Below are positions 1 through 10,474 of a DNA stretch of 18,404 bases, one piece after another. A model generated the notes under the pieces. The model worked only from the letters and a program-made list of their open reading frames with translations, had not been told where the DNA came from and did no database searches. Source of the stretch: Octopus sinensis (lineage: Eukaryota); the NCBI RefSeq assembly GCF_006345805.1, contig NW_021824464.1, forward strand, positions 1 to 18,404. The letters run 5' to 3'. Position 1 is the first letter of the stretch, and every line of letters starts with the position of its first letter. The position numbers and the translations under genes are program-made.

Positions 1-220
1 AAAATAATAAACAGCAATAACTCTCACATTTTTCAGATTCACAAACGTAGCAACTGCAAATGCACAAATGTGCAGCGGTCCAAACCACGATGTAGCTATT
101 AGAAATTATAAACATGACCTACAGAACGACGCCATTTTCAGCTGTCTGACGTTAGTAGCTCTACATCAACAAACTCGTAGACTGAGGTTATTCTGATGCT
201 AAATACTACACCGCGCGCTC

Positions 221-412
221 ATATATATATATATATGATTATATATATATATAAGATATATATATATATATATATATTATAATATATATATATATTATAT
301 ATAATATATATACATACATATATATTAAATATATATATATATAAATCTATAACTTATACATACATATGTATATATATATATATATACATATATATACCTA
401 TATATATATATA

Positions 413-471
<59 letters not shown>

Positions 472-487
472 ATATATATATATATAT
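221..487. repeat. (TA)n microsatellite, imperfect
   Basis: Continuous TA dinucleotide run with scattered interruptions; explains the YIYI ORF at 354-554. Confidence 0.97.
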
Positions 488-555
488 TTGGGTAACCACT
501 AATGGCTAGGACTTCTGATATTCTACGTTTCCTTTTGTAGTTAAAAAGACTCACC

Positions 556-556
<1 letters not shown>

Positions 557-586
<30 letters not shown>

Positions 587-589
587 CAG

Positions 590-645
<56 letters not shown>

Positions 646-653
646 GTAATATT
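557..653. repeat. (TTA)n microsatellite at the 3' end of the minus-strand R4-like element
   Basis: Direct reading; it is (TAA)n on the element's sense strand. Confidence 0.95.
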
Positions 654-2292
654 ATTCATTCAGTAGTCTTATTTTTATAGCGTGCTCTCACATCACTACC
701 GAGTGCAGCTCTGTGTGCCTTGGGTATGTGCTGTGGTTTGTTGTGATGCTCTTATGGTTACTGTATTGAAAGTGTTCTGCGTAGGATGTGTGCGGTGCCC
801 AGTAGTGCAATTTTCTATATGTTATATATACTTATTAGTCCTGATGTTTTTGTTATGTATTGACTATCGTTTTATCATACCTAATGCGCCTATTATGATA
901 GGAATTGTTTCTATTTTTAGATTCCACATTCTAGTTACCTCTATTTCCAGGTCTTTGTGTTTTGAAAGTTTCTCCATTTCTTTTAGAGAAACGCTGTCTT
1001 CTGCTGGTATTGATACATCAATTAGAAAGCATTTTTTTTCTTCATGATCTCTGACAACTATATCCGGCATATTGGCCTTAATTTCTTTATCTGTGTGTAT
1101 TGGCATATCCCAGAGTATGGTTGCTTTCTCGTTTTCTATAACCTTTTCTGCATATACAATCTTTTTTCTGTTGTTATTCCATGGTGTTGGCATAGCTTCC
1201 GGTGTACGTATGTCCCAACTCTGCCGTGACTGTGAATATATTCCTTCTTAGCCAGGACTGGGCAGCCAGAGATAATATGATTTATTGTTTCTTGTCCATC
1301 TCCACATATTCTGCAGTTACTTGTTATACTCTTTACTCTTTTACTCTTTTACTTGTTTCAGTCATTTGACTGCGGCCATGCTGGAGCACCGCCTTTAGTC
1401 GAGCAACTCGACCCCGGGACTTATTCTTTTTTGTAAGCCCAGTACTTATTGTATCGGTCTCTTTTTGCCGAACCGCTAAGTGATGGGGACGTAAACACAC
1501 CAGCATCGGTTGTCAAGCAATGCTAGGGGAACAAACACAGACACACAAACACATACACACACACATATATATATAAATATATATACATATATACGACAGG
1601 CTTCTTTCAGTTTCCGTCTGCCAAATCCACTCACAAGGCATTGGTCGGCCCGGGGCTATAGCAGAAGACACTTGCCCAAGATGCCACGCAGTGGGACTGA
1701 ACCCGGAACCATGTGGTTGGTTAGCAAGCTACTTACCACACAGCCACTCCTACGCCTATATGTTATGTTTCTTTTCATTACATGTTTTTGGGGATTCCTA
1801 GTGAGAAGGCTTTGATCTTTTGCTGCAATTAAAAATCCTTCAGTCTCTGCTTTGAGTCCTGAGCTTCTCAGCCATTTCGGATTTTGCTCTGTCTATTTCT
1901 TTTGCGTTTAGTTTAACCCAGTATTTGCCATGAAGGGGCTTTTCTTGCCATCGTTTTATCATGATCCGTTGCTGTTCCAGTTTTATTTTGGATTTCGGTT
2001 GTTTTATAGTTTTTGTTGTTTTTTTCTTTTTCTTCATAGTTGTTAGGTACCATGATTTCATTTTTGCATTTGTCAGCTTCCTTAAAGTCTAAAAACTGTT
2101 TTTTTGTTTTGTTCGTGTTTTGTGGCTATTTGTATTAGTTTTCCTTGCTTCTGAAGTAAGTATTTCTGTAGTCCTATGGTGGTTACTTTGTTAGAGTTTT
2201 CTTGCTGTATAAGGCCTCTACTACCTTCAATAAGTTGTATATATAAACTTTCTATGTCAGATTTTGGATGCTGCATTCTAAATCCTGTCATT
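654..2292 (-). mobile_element. Dong/R4-like RLE non-LTR retrotransposon, copy A (5'-truncated, frameshifted, interrupted by a SINE)
   Basis: Minus-strand peptides, 5' to 3': RT-thumb region (RMQHPKSDIESLY..GSRGLIQ), RWQEKPLHGKYW, GLKAETEGFLIAAKDQSLLTRN, zinc knuckle CRICGDGQETINHIISGC, RLE motifs ATILWDMPIHTD..PDIVV..LIDVSIP..EKLSKHKDL, and C-terminus KIALLGTAHILRRTLSIQ* (stop at 758-760). About 100 nt of 3' UTR runs into (TAA)n. Clade assignment rests on recalled motif similarity and the TAA target. Confidence 0.85.
1329..1768 (-). mobile_element. tRNA-derived SINE, family A, full length
   Basis: Head aggcgtaggagtggctgtgtgg with an A-box-like motif, B-box-like ggttcagtccc, internal (TA)/(TG) tract and (gagtaaaa)n tail. 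Flanked by tgttat at 1322-1327 and 1771-1776; removing it restores the LINE reading KRNITSNC. Confidence 0.92.
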
Positions 2293-2863
2293 GTTATTCT
2301 ATAGTATTGGCATACCTTCCATGGTATATAAGTCCCAACTCTGTCGTGTCTGTGAAGGAGTGGCGGTGTGGTAAGTAGCTTGCTAACCAACTACATGGTT
2401 CCGGGTTCAGTCCCACTGCGTGGCATCTTGGGCAAGTGTCTTCTGCTATAGCCCCGGGCCGACCAATGCCTTGTGAGTGGATTTGGTAGACGGAAACTGA
2501 AAGAAGCCTGTCGTATATATGTATATATGTGTATATGTGTGTGTGTATGTGTGTGTGTTTGTGTGTTTGACCCCCTAGCATTGCTTGACAACCGATGCTG
2601 GTGTGTTTACGTCCCCGTCACTTAGCGGTTCGGCAAAAGAGACCGATAGAATAAGTACTGGGCTTACAAAGAATAAGTCCCGGGGTCGATTTGCTCGACT
2701 AAAGGCGGTGCTCCAGCATGGCCGCAGTCAAATGACTGAAATAAGTAAAAGATAAAAGATAAAAGATATTCCTTCTCAACCAGCACTGGGCGGCCAGGGA
2801 CAATATGATTTATTGTTTCTTGTCCATCTCCACATATTCTGCAGCTACTTGTCATATCTCTTT

Positions 2864-2867
<4 letters not shown>
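2293..2867 (-). mobile_element. R4-like fragment B (zinc-knuckle/RHD region only), fused to the 5' end of copy A and interrupted by a SINE
   Basis: Encodes MKRDMTSSCRICGDGQETINHIVPGRPVLVEKEY-[SINE]-HRHDRVGTYIPWKVCQYY; homologous to about 1170-1330 plus 1771-1790 of copy A. Confidence 0.85.
2356..2766 (+). mobile_element. SINE family A
   Basis: Reverse-complement match to 1329-1768 with an (aaaagat)n tail; splits the LINE KEY/IHRHD motif. No clear target-site duplication (TSD). Confidence 0.92.
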
Positions 2868-2895
<28 letters not shown>

Positions 2896-2969
2896 GCTGT
2901 TGTTGTTGTTGTTGTTGTTGTTTTGTTGTTATCGTTGTTGTTGTTGTTGTTGCTGTTGCTGTTGTTGTT
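2866..2969. repeat. (TTA)n grading into (TTG)n microsatellite
   Basis: Direct reading; source of the poly-Leu ORF at 2923. Confidence 0.95.
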
Positions 2970-3800
<831 letters not shown>

Positions 3801-3805
3801 ATCAT

Positions 3806-3913
3806 AGCAGTGCATGCCATCAATGATACTAGTGTAAAATATACGACGCCCAGTAGACCCGTCATGACTACCCGTCTGATAAGGGTACACCAGGCACATG
3901 CATCACAACCATA
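3806..3913 (+). repeat. Partial direct copy of the left end of the 2970-3526 element
   Basis: gcatgccatcaa..taaaatatacg..catgactacccgtctgataagggtacacc.ggcacatgcatcacaaccata matches about 2980-3090; also preceded by a TTA array. Confidence 0.9.
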
Positions 3914-3914
3914 T

Positions 3915-4328
3915 TACTCTTTACTCTTTTTACTCTTTTACTTGTTTCAGTCATTTGACTGCGGCCATGCTGGAGCACCGCCTTTAATCGAGCAACTCGA
4001 CCCCAGGACTTATTCTTTTGTAAGCCCAGTACTTATTTTATCAGTCTCTTTTGCCGAACCGCTAAGTAACGGGGACATAAACACACTAGCATCGGTTGTC
4101 AAGCAATGCTAGGGGGACAAATACAGACACACAAACACACACACGCACATATATATACATATATACGACAGGCTTCTTTCAGTTTCCGTCTACCAAATCC
4201 ACTCACAAGGCTTTGGTTGGCCCGAGGCTATAGTAGAAGACACTTGCCCAAGGTGCCACACAGTGGGACTGAACCCGGAACCATGTGGCTGGTAAACAAG
4301 CTACTTACCACACAGCCACTCCTACGCC
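3915..4328 (-). mobile_element. SINE family A, full length
   Basis: Same head, body and tail as 1329-1768. Confidence 0.92.
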
Positions 4329-4509
4329 ATATGTGTGTGTAACAAAATTATTTTTTTTCTATTTGCTTCTATCGTGAAATCGTAGCAATTAACTACTATT
4401 CCCTTAAAACTTTGCTTTTCTCATCTGGACATCAATGTTTTCAAACTGACCTATTTTCCATTACATATCACACGGATTCAGTACTGAGTTGCTAAAGCAG
4501 AAATATCGT

Positions 4510-4680
4510 TACAGCAAATATTCTGCCCAGTACCACAGTTCTGCTTGTCAATTGCTTGACCTTAACCACTTGAGTATGTCCCTTAGTTGCTGACGATATG
4601 TGCATCTCTGATCACGAGCGGGAGTAATAGGGGAGCATCATGGCCATCTGTTGAAAGGGATTCTTTTGGGCTTGAATGAA
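4510..4680 (-). repeat. Inverted internal fragment of the 2970-3526 element
   Basis: tacagcaaatattctgc...gctgacgatatgtgcatctctgatcacgagc...gggagcatcat is the reverse complement of about 3251-3424. Confidence 0.9.
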
Positions 4681-4776
4681 CGTAAGAAAAGCAAAGTTTG
4701 AAAGAAGTATTTGCCATTTTCATACTTCCTAGTAGCAAGCAAATCAGAAATAACAGTTGCTATCCATATCACACAG

Positions 4777-4935
4777 TATTATCAATAGTAAGATGATAGA
4801 CTAGCAGAATCCTAAGGAAGTCATGTGATTATTATCAATAGTAGGGTGATAGACTATCAGAATCCTAAGGAAGTCATGTGATTATTATCAATAGTAGGGT
4901 GATAGACTAGCAGAATCCTAAGGAAGTCATGTGAT
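4777..4935. repeat. Tandem repeat, 3 x 53 bp
   Basis: Unit tattatcaatagtagggtgatagactagcagaatcctaaggaagtcatgtgat starts at 4777, 4830 and 4883, with about 3 substitutions in total. Confidence 0.95.
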
Positions 4936-5106
4936 CTAATTTCCGGTATTTTACGTAATGAATTCAAATCTTGCCTAGGTCATCTTTGTCTTTAAATTCG
5001 TTTGGGGTCGAAACAATGATTCTAAGTAATTGGCTGCACACCATCGAATTTCTGACCGTGTCCTAATTTAGAAACAATTATAAGGCGATATGTGTGTACC
5101 CGTTGT

Positions 5107-5262
5107 ACACACACACACGACGGGATTCTTTCAGTTTCCGTCTACCAAATAAGGATTTGGTCGGCCCGAGGCTATAGTAGATACTTGCTCAAAGTGCCAT
5201 ATAGTGGGACTGAACCCGGAACCGTGTAGTTGGGAAGCAAACTTTTTACTTCACAGTGACCC
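5107..5262 (-). mobile_element. Degenerate SINE A 5' half
   Basis: ttctttcagtttccgtctaccaaat..ggtcggcccgaggctatagtag..gggactgaacccggaacc; has internal deletions. Confidence 0.85.
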
Positions 5263-5304
5263 CTGGGCATATGTGTGTATATACATTATGTGTGCCTTTT
5301 GTTC

Positions 5305-5500
5305 ACTGCCAGCGCTTGACAACCGTTGTTGGCTTGTTTACGGCCTTGTAATTTAGCGGATCAGCAAAAGAACTTGATAGAAGAAGTACTAAACTTTAAA
5401 AAAACAAGTACTGGGATGGATTTGTTTGATTAAGACATTCCAACGTAGTGCCCCAGTATGACCGCAGTCCAGTGACTGAAACAAGTACAAAGAAAAAAGA
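5305..5500 (+). mobile_element. Degenerate SINE A-like 3' half
   Basis: gcttgacaaccg..gtttac..ttagcgg.tc.gcaaaaga..gataga..aagtact..ccgcagtc..tgactgaaacaagta; diverged. Confidence 0.75.
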
Positions 5501-5513
5501 TGTAGAAAAAGAA

Positions 5514-5585
5514 TATTCCAGATGGATTCGAACACCGCATCGTCTGTAGACCATATAGCTGTGTAAGCCACTACACAAAAGCGGC
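5514..5585 (-). pseudogene. Possible decayed tRNA or tRNA-like SINE head
   Basis: Minus strand reads gtgtagtggcttacac (5-bp D-arm-like stem with an A-box-like motif) and then gttcgaatcc (B box) at tRNA-like spacing. Acceptor, anticodon and T stems do not pair well. Confidence 0.3.
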
Positions 5586-5760
5586 ATCGCTTAATTTCGT
5601 AGATTTACGCTAAGTAGCTGCAAGGATAAATTTATAACCGATAGTGTACATACTATCCAAGAAGTATTTGGGCGGAACCACAGCCTGCCCACAAATACAC
5701 ATAGTGTATATGAATGTGTATGTGTGTGTATATTTTCGTGTGCAAATATGAATGAGTGTA

Positions 5761-6180
5761 TACTCCTTTACTCTTTTACTCTTTTACTTGTTTCAGTCAT
5801 TTGACTGCGGCCATGCTGGAGCACCGCCTTTAGTCGAGCAAATCGACCCCGGGACTTATTCTTTGTAAGCCCAGTACTTATTCTATCGGTCTCTTTTGCC
5901 GAACCGCTAAGTGACGGGGACGTAAACACACCAGCATCGGTTGTCAAGCAATGCTAGGGGGACAAACACAGACACACAAACACAGACACACACACTTATA
6001 TATATATACATATATACGACAGGCTTCTTTCAGTTTCCGTCTATCAAATCCACTCACAAGGCATTGGTCGGGCCGGGGCTATAGCAGAAGACACTTGCCC
6101 AAGATGCCACGCAGTGGGACTGAACCCGGAACCATGTGGTTGGTTAGCAAGCTACTTACCACACCGCCACTCCTGCGCCT
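5761..6180 (-). mobile_element. SINE family A, full length
   Basis: Near-identical to 1329-1768. Confidence 0.93.
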
Positions 6181-6355
6181 ATATATATATACGACGGGCT
6201 TCTTTCAGTTTCCGTCTACCAAATCCACTCACAAGGCTTTGGTCGGCCCGGGGCTATAGCAGAAGGCACTTGCACAAGATGCCACGTAGTGGGACTGAAC
6301 CCGGAACCATGTAGTTGGTAAGCAAACTACTTACCACACAGCCACTCCTACGCCT
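6181..6355 (-). mobile_element. SINE A head module only (second head)
   Basis: (TA)n + acgacgggcttctttcag...cctacgcct; no 3' half. Confidence 0.9.
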
Positions 6356-6374
6356 ACGTATATATATATAAATA

Positions 6375-6461
<87 letters not shown>

Positions 6462-6477
6462 ATATATACATATATAT
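6356..6477. repeat. (TA)n microsatellite between SINE heads
   Basis: Direct reading. Confidence 0.95.
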
Positions 6478-6642
6478 ACGACAGGCGTCTTTCAGTTTCC
6501 GTCTACCAAATCCACTCACAAGGCATTGGTCGGCCCGGGGCTATAGCAGAAGACAATTGCCCAAGATGCCACGCAGTGGGACTGAACCCGGAACCATGTG
6601 GTTGGTTAGCAAGGTACTTACCACACAGCCACTCCTGCGCCT
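6478..6642 (-). mobile_element. SINE A head module only (third head)
   Basis: acgacaggcgtctttcag...cctgcgcct; no 3' half. Confidence 0.9.
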
Positions 6643-6735
6643 ATGTCCCTGTGTGTGTGTGTAAAGAGAGAGGAGATACAAACGAAACGGCGTTTGTATT
6701 TATATATCTTTAATGTGAAGCTTATATTTCAGACA

Positions 6736-7300
6736 GTGGAGGCGCAATGGCCCAGTGGTTAGGGCAGCGGACTCGCGGTCATAGGATCGCGGTTTCGATT
6801 CCCAGACCGGGCGTTGTGAGTGTTTATTGAGCGAAAACACATAAAGCTCCACGAGGCTCCGGCAGGGGATGGTGGTGATCCCTGCTGTACTCTTTCACCA
6901 CAACTTTCTCTCACTCTTACTTCCTGTTTCTGTTGTACTTTGTATTTCAAAGGGCCGGCCTTGTCACTCTCTGTGTCACGCTGAATATCCCCGAGAACTA
7001 CGTTAAGGATGCACGTGTCTGTGGAGTGCTCAGCCACTTACACGTTAATTTCACGAGCAGGCTGTTCCGTTGATTCGGATCAACTGGAACTCTCAACGTC
7101 GTAACCGACGGAGTGCTTCCATTTCAAAGGGCCGGCCTTGTCACTCTCTGTGTCACGCTGAATATCCCCGAGAACTACGTTAAGGGTACACGTGTCTGTG
7201 GAGTGCTCAGCCACTTACACGTTAATTTCACGAGCAGGCTGTTCCGTTGATTCGGATCAACCGGAACCCTCGTCGTCGTAACCGACGGAGTGCTTCCACC
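6736..7300 (+). mobile_element. tRNA-derived SINE family B with a 177-bp internal tandem duplication and a 12-bp TSD
   Basis: A box tggcccagtgg and B box ggtttcgattccc. TSD atatttcagaca at 6724-6735 and 7301-7312. Segment 6944-7120 is repeated at 7121-7297. Confidence 0.93.
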
Positions 7301-7803
7301 ATATTTCAGACATCTTTCAAAATGTCAGCTTAACTTCTTTCGTAAGACGTTCTCAAAGGAAGCGGAATAATGACTGGAAGCTAATATAATAAAGTTAGGT
7401 TAATACAAAATGAACGAGACGCGACGAAACGAACGTAGTAAATTGTTAAGACAGAATTCTGTCTTCACACCACAATAAAATCTTTTAAAATGTGTTTTTC
7501 TGAGCTAAGAACGAACTGTCTCGGGAGTATTAGGTTGATAATAGGAAAAATAGACACATATGCGATAAATGTACGTGTGTATGCGTGTTTTCTTTAATTA
7601 TTTATTTCCTTCTGAGACAACAAATAAGAGAAGTAGAAATGAATGCATGAATATATATGAATTCTTATTTCCGAATCGGACTCCAGGTGCCGAGAAATTC
7701 GTTCATAGTATGTTTATTGGCAAAGCAATTTATCCTGTCTATCTACCTCTCTATCTACCTACCTATTTATCTGTCAGTCTGTATGTGTGTGTATATATAT
7801 ATA

Positions 7804-8193
7804 TGGAGGCGCAATGGCCCAGTGGTTAGGGCAGCGGACTCGCGGTCATAGGATCGCGGTTTCGATTCTCAGACCTGGCGTTGTGAGTGTTTATTGAGCG
7901 AAAACACCTAAAAGCTCCACGAGGCTCCGGCAGGGGATGGTGGTGATCCCTGCTGTACTCTTTCACCACAACTTTCTCTCACTCTTACTTCCTGTTTCTG
8001 TTGTACATGTATTTCAAAGGGGCCGGCCTTGTCACTCTCTGTGTCACGCTGAATATCCCCGAGAACTACGTTAAGGGTACATGTGTCTGTGGAGTGCTCA
8101 GCCACTTACACGTTAATTTCACGAGCAGGCTGTTCAGTTGATTCGGATCAACCGGAACCCTCGTCCTCGTAACCGACGGAGTGCTTCCACACC
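7804..8193 (+). mobile_element. SINE family B, full length
   Basis: Same head and body as 6736-7120; inserted in a (TA)n run. Confidence 0.93.
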
Positions 8194-8200
8194 ATATATA

Positions 8201-8430
8201 TACTCTTTTATTCTTGTTTCGGCCATTTGACTGCAGCCATGCTGGAGCACCGCCTTTAGACGAACAAATCGACCCCAAGGACTTATTCTTTGTAAGCCTA
8301 GTACTTATTCTATCGGTCTCTTTTGCTGAACCGCTAAGTTACGATGACATAAACACTCCAGCATCGGTTGTCAAACGATGGTGGGGGACAAACACAAACA
8401 CAAACACACACATACATACATACATACTTA
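8201..8430 (-). mobile_element. SINE A 3' half (headless)
   Basis: Tail, body and (CA)/(CATA) tract are present; the head is absent. A 40-bp piece (8302-8341) is repeated at 8433-8472. Confidence 0.88.
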
Positions 8431-8672
8431 CATACTTATTCTATCGACCTCTTTTGTCGAACCGCTAAGTTATATATATATATACACTTACGTAGATATA
8501 TGCTGTATTACAAATACTCCTACAGATGCAATGTTTGGAATATTTAAACTATATTTAACGATCTTAATAGTATAATCTATTTGTTAATTTTTAATCTTTT
8601 ACGACCATTACAGCGAAGTTTTGATTTTTTTAGAACAAAAAAAAACGTTTATGAATTTAATTTTAAAGGGTA

Positions 8673-8960
8673 CTTTTGCCGAACCGCTAAGTGACGGGGA
8701 CGTAAACACACCAGCATCGGTTGTCAAGCAATGCTAGAGGGACAAACAGAGACACACAAACACATACACACACACTTATATATATATACATATATACGAC
8801 AGGCTTCTTTCAGTTTCCGTCTACCAAATCCACTCACAAGGCATTGGTCGGCCCGAGGCTATAGCAGAAGACACTTGCCCAAGATGTCACGCAGTGGGAC
8901 TGAACCCGGAACCATGTGGTTGGTAAGCAAACTATTTACCACACAGCCACTCCTACGCCT
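8673..8960 (-). mobile_element. SINE A lacking its 3' tail
   Basis: Runs from ttttgccgaaccgctaag to cctacgcct. Confidence 0.9.
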
Positions 8961-9024
8961 ACGTATATATATGTATATATACATATATACGATAGTTCCG
9001 CATATAGTTCCGCACTTTTATAGA

Positions 9025-9450
9025 CGCAACAGTTGCAGACATCGCCAGCATTGCATCCTGGGATCTTTGGGTGTTTCGAGTCTTACAACATACACTCTTA
9101 TCCAGGCGATTCGATCAGGGTTGATCAAGTCTAGACTTGTGTCCAAGCGGCATTCTACTGACCCCAACGATCCCCTCCTCTCAACCAGAGCCGTTTAGAT
9201 GCTTTCTCGACAAATTCTATGCTGTTATTGGCGGTTATTTTTCTTATCATTCCTTTGATGCTCACTGTTCCATAGGCTCTACCCAGGATACTTGTAAAAC
9301 CTGAATTTCCTCCCTCCACTGGCAAACACCGCGTTCTCCACACATCCTTGAGTCAGTGCTACACCAACACCTGATACTTAGCTCTCTTCCTCTCCTGCAC
9401 CCACTCTACTCTTTTCTTCCAGAGTGCAGTCAATCATTGCCTTCCCTGTG
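9025..9450 (-). mobile_element. HERO-like RLE non-LTR retrotransposon, 3' fragment
   Basis: Minus strand gives WKKRVEWVQERKRAKYQVLV*..WRTRCLPVEGGNSGF..RAY..EKASKRLWLRGGDRWGQ*. This resembles the HERO-clade RLE C-terminus as I recall it (WEE..EE..ERK..KY, GWR.RC.PVEVG.RGF, AE.ASRWLW.KR..W). A 3' UTR containing cgaaacaccc..cccagga follows. Confidence 0.7.
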
Positions 9451-9905
9451 TATCACATACGATGCATAAGACACATCTCCCTAGCTTTCATGCATCACAT
9501 ACGATGCACATTCACAATTTTCTTTTTCAACCACCAGAGAAAGCTGAGACTTATGAAAGGACGGCTTCATATTATTCAGAATGTATGAAAGAAGAACCAA
9601 CTAAACGGCTGAAAATATGTACGGATATTTAGGGGACATTTACCGAAGTACTTTGGACAGGCAAATGGTTAATGTCACAGACAGGCTCATTTAAAAAGAT
9701 GTTTTGTATAACACAATTCACTTAGAACAATCCACAACCACGACGCACTAAGCTATCTTTTCTAACGGAACTGTTTTACTCTTTACCTGTCCTGTGTATC
9801 TGTTTGCAACCCCCAGAGTAAATAGTAACTTAAGGAAGGAGAACTTTAGATTACTCAGGACGTATGAAACGAAGCAAACAGAATATCTAAAAACAAGCTT
9901 TGACG

Positions 9906-10092
9906 TATTGGATAATCTTATGAAAATAGTTTGACAGGCCAAGGGTTAAATCCAATAGAATTAGCTGCTGTTTTCTTGCAAGCCATGGTGATATCTCACC
10001 TCAATAAGATCTGGGTGAGACGCACGGGAAACTATCGAATTCTTTAGTTGCGTCCTGCTATAAACACGTACTCTTTAAAAAACTGTTACGTA
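9906..10092 (+). repeat. 187-bp direct repeat, left copy
   Basis: tattggataatcttatg...aaactgttacgta; matches 10475-10661 with about a dozen differences. Confidence 0.95.
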
Positions 10093-10263
10093 GGAGCAGG
10101 AGTAGCTGTGTGGTAAGTAGCTTGTTTACCAACCACATGGTTCCGGGTTCAGTCCCACTGCGTGGCATCTTGAGCAAGTGTCTTCTACTATAGCCTCGGG
10201 CCGACCAAAGCCTTGTGAGTGGATTTGGTAGACGGAAACTGAAAGAAGCCCGTCCTATATATG

Positions 10264-10294
<31 letters not shown>

Positions 10295-10474
10295 TTGTGT
10301 GTCTGTGTTTATGCCCCCGTTACTTAGCAGTTCGGCAAAGGAGACCGATAAAATAAGTAATGGGCTTACAAAAAAATAAGTCCCGGGGTCGAGTTGCTCG
10401 ATTAAAGGCGGTGCTCCAGCATGGCCGCAGTCAAATGACTGAAACAAGTAAAAGAGTAAAGTGTTTAAAGAGTA
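10092..10474 (+). mobile_element. SINE family A between the 187-bp direct repeats
   Basis: Head ggagcaggagtagctgtgtgg; tail gaaacaagtaaaagagtaaag. Confidence 0.92.

Noticed and set aside
354-554. ORFs rich in YI/IY/HT repeats (also 6331-6713 and 12439-12934)
   Set aside because: They are translations of TA/CA/TG microsatellites, which lack stop codons in some frames.
548-557. Consensus splice donor AG|GTGAGT on the minus strand
   Set aside because: It follows a TAA microsatellite directly, with no plausible upstream exon.
682-1229. Plus-strand ORFs 682-1047 and 1044-1229, and minus-strand ORFs within 14297-15428
   Set aside because: They are antisense shadows of LINE coding sequence.
1510-1815. 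Recurring peptides such as RQASFSFRLPNPLTRHWSARGYSRRHLPKMPRSGTEPGTM and FQSFDCGHAGAPPL in many ORFs
   Set aside because: The similarity comes from the antisense strand of SINE A copies, not from a gene family.
4777-4935. CRISPR-like array
   Set aside because: The units are contiguous with no unique spacers, and the context is eukaryotic.
6736-6812. tRNA gene calls for SINE heads (also 7804, 17111 and the SINE A heads)
   Set aside because: A and B boxes are present, but the heads continue into shared repeat bodies with TSDs and lack a proper acceptor stem.
7448-7465. Perfect 18-bp palindrome aagacagaattctgtctt
   Set aside because: Isolated and short, with no associated element or second copy.
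9068-9100. Hammerhead-like gaaacac in the HERO-like 3' UTR (minus strand)
   Set aside because: A hairpin and GAAAC are present, but there is no CUGANGA core at the right position in this copy.
9452-9508. 15-bp direct repeat atcacatacgatgca flanking 27 bp
   Set aside because: Most simply a local micro-duplication; the enclosed sequence is not recognisable.
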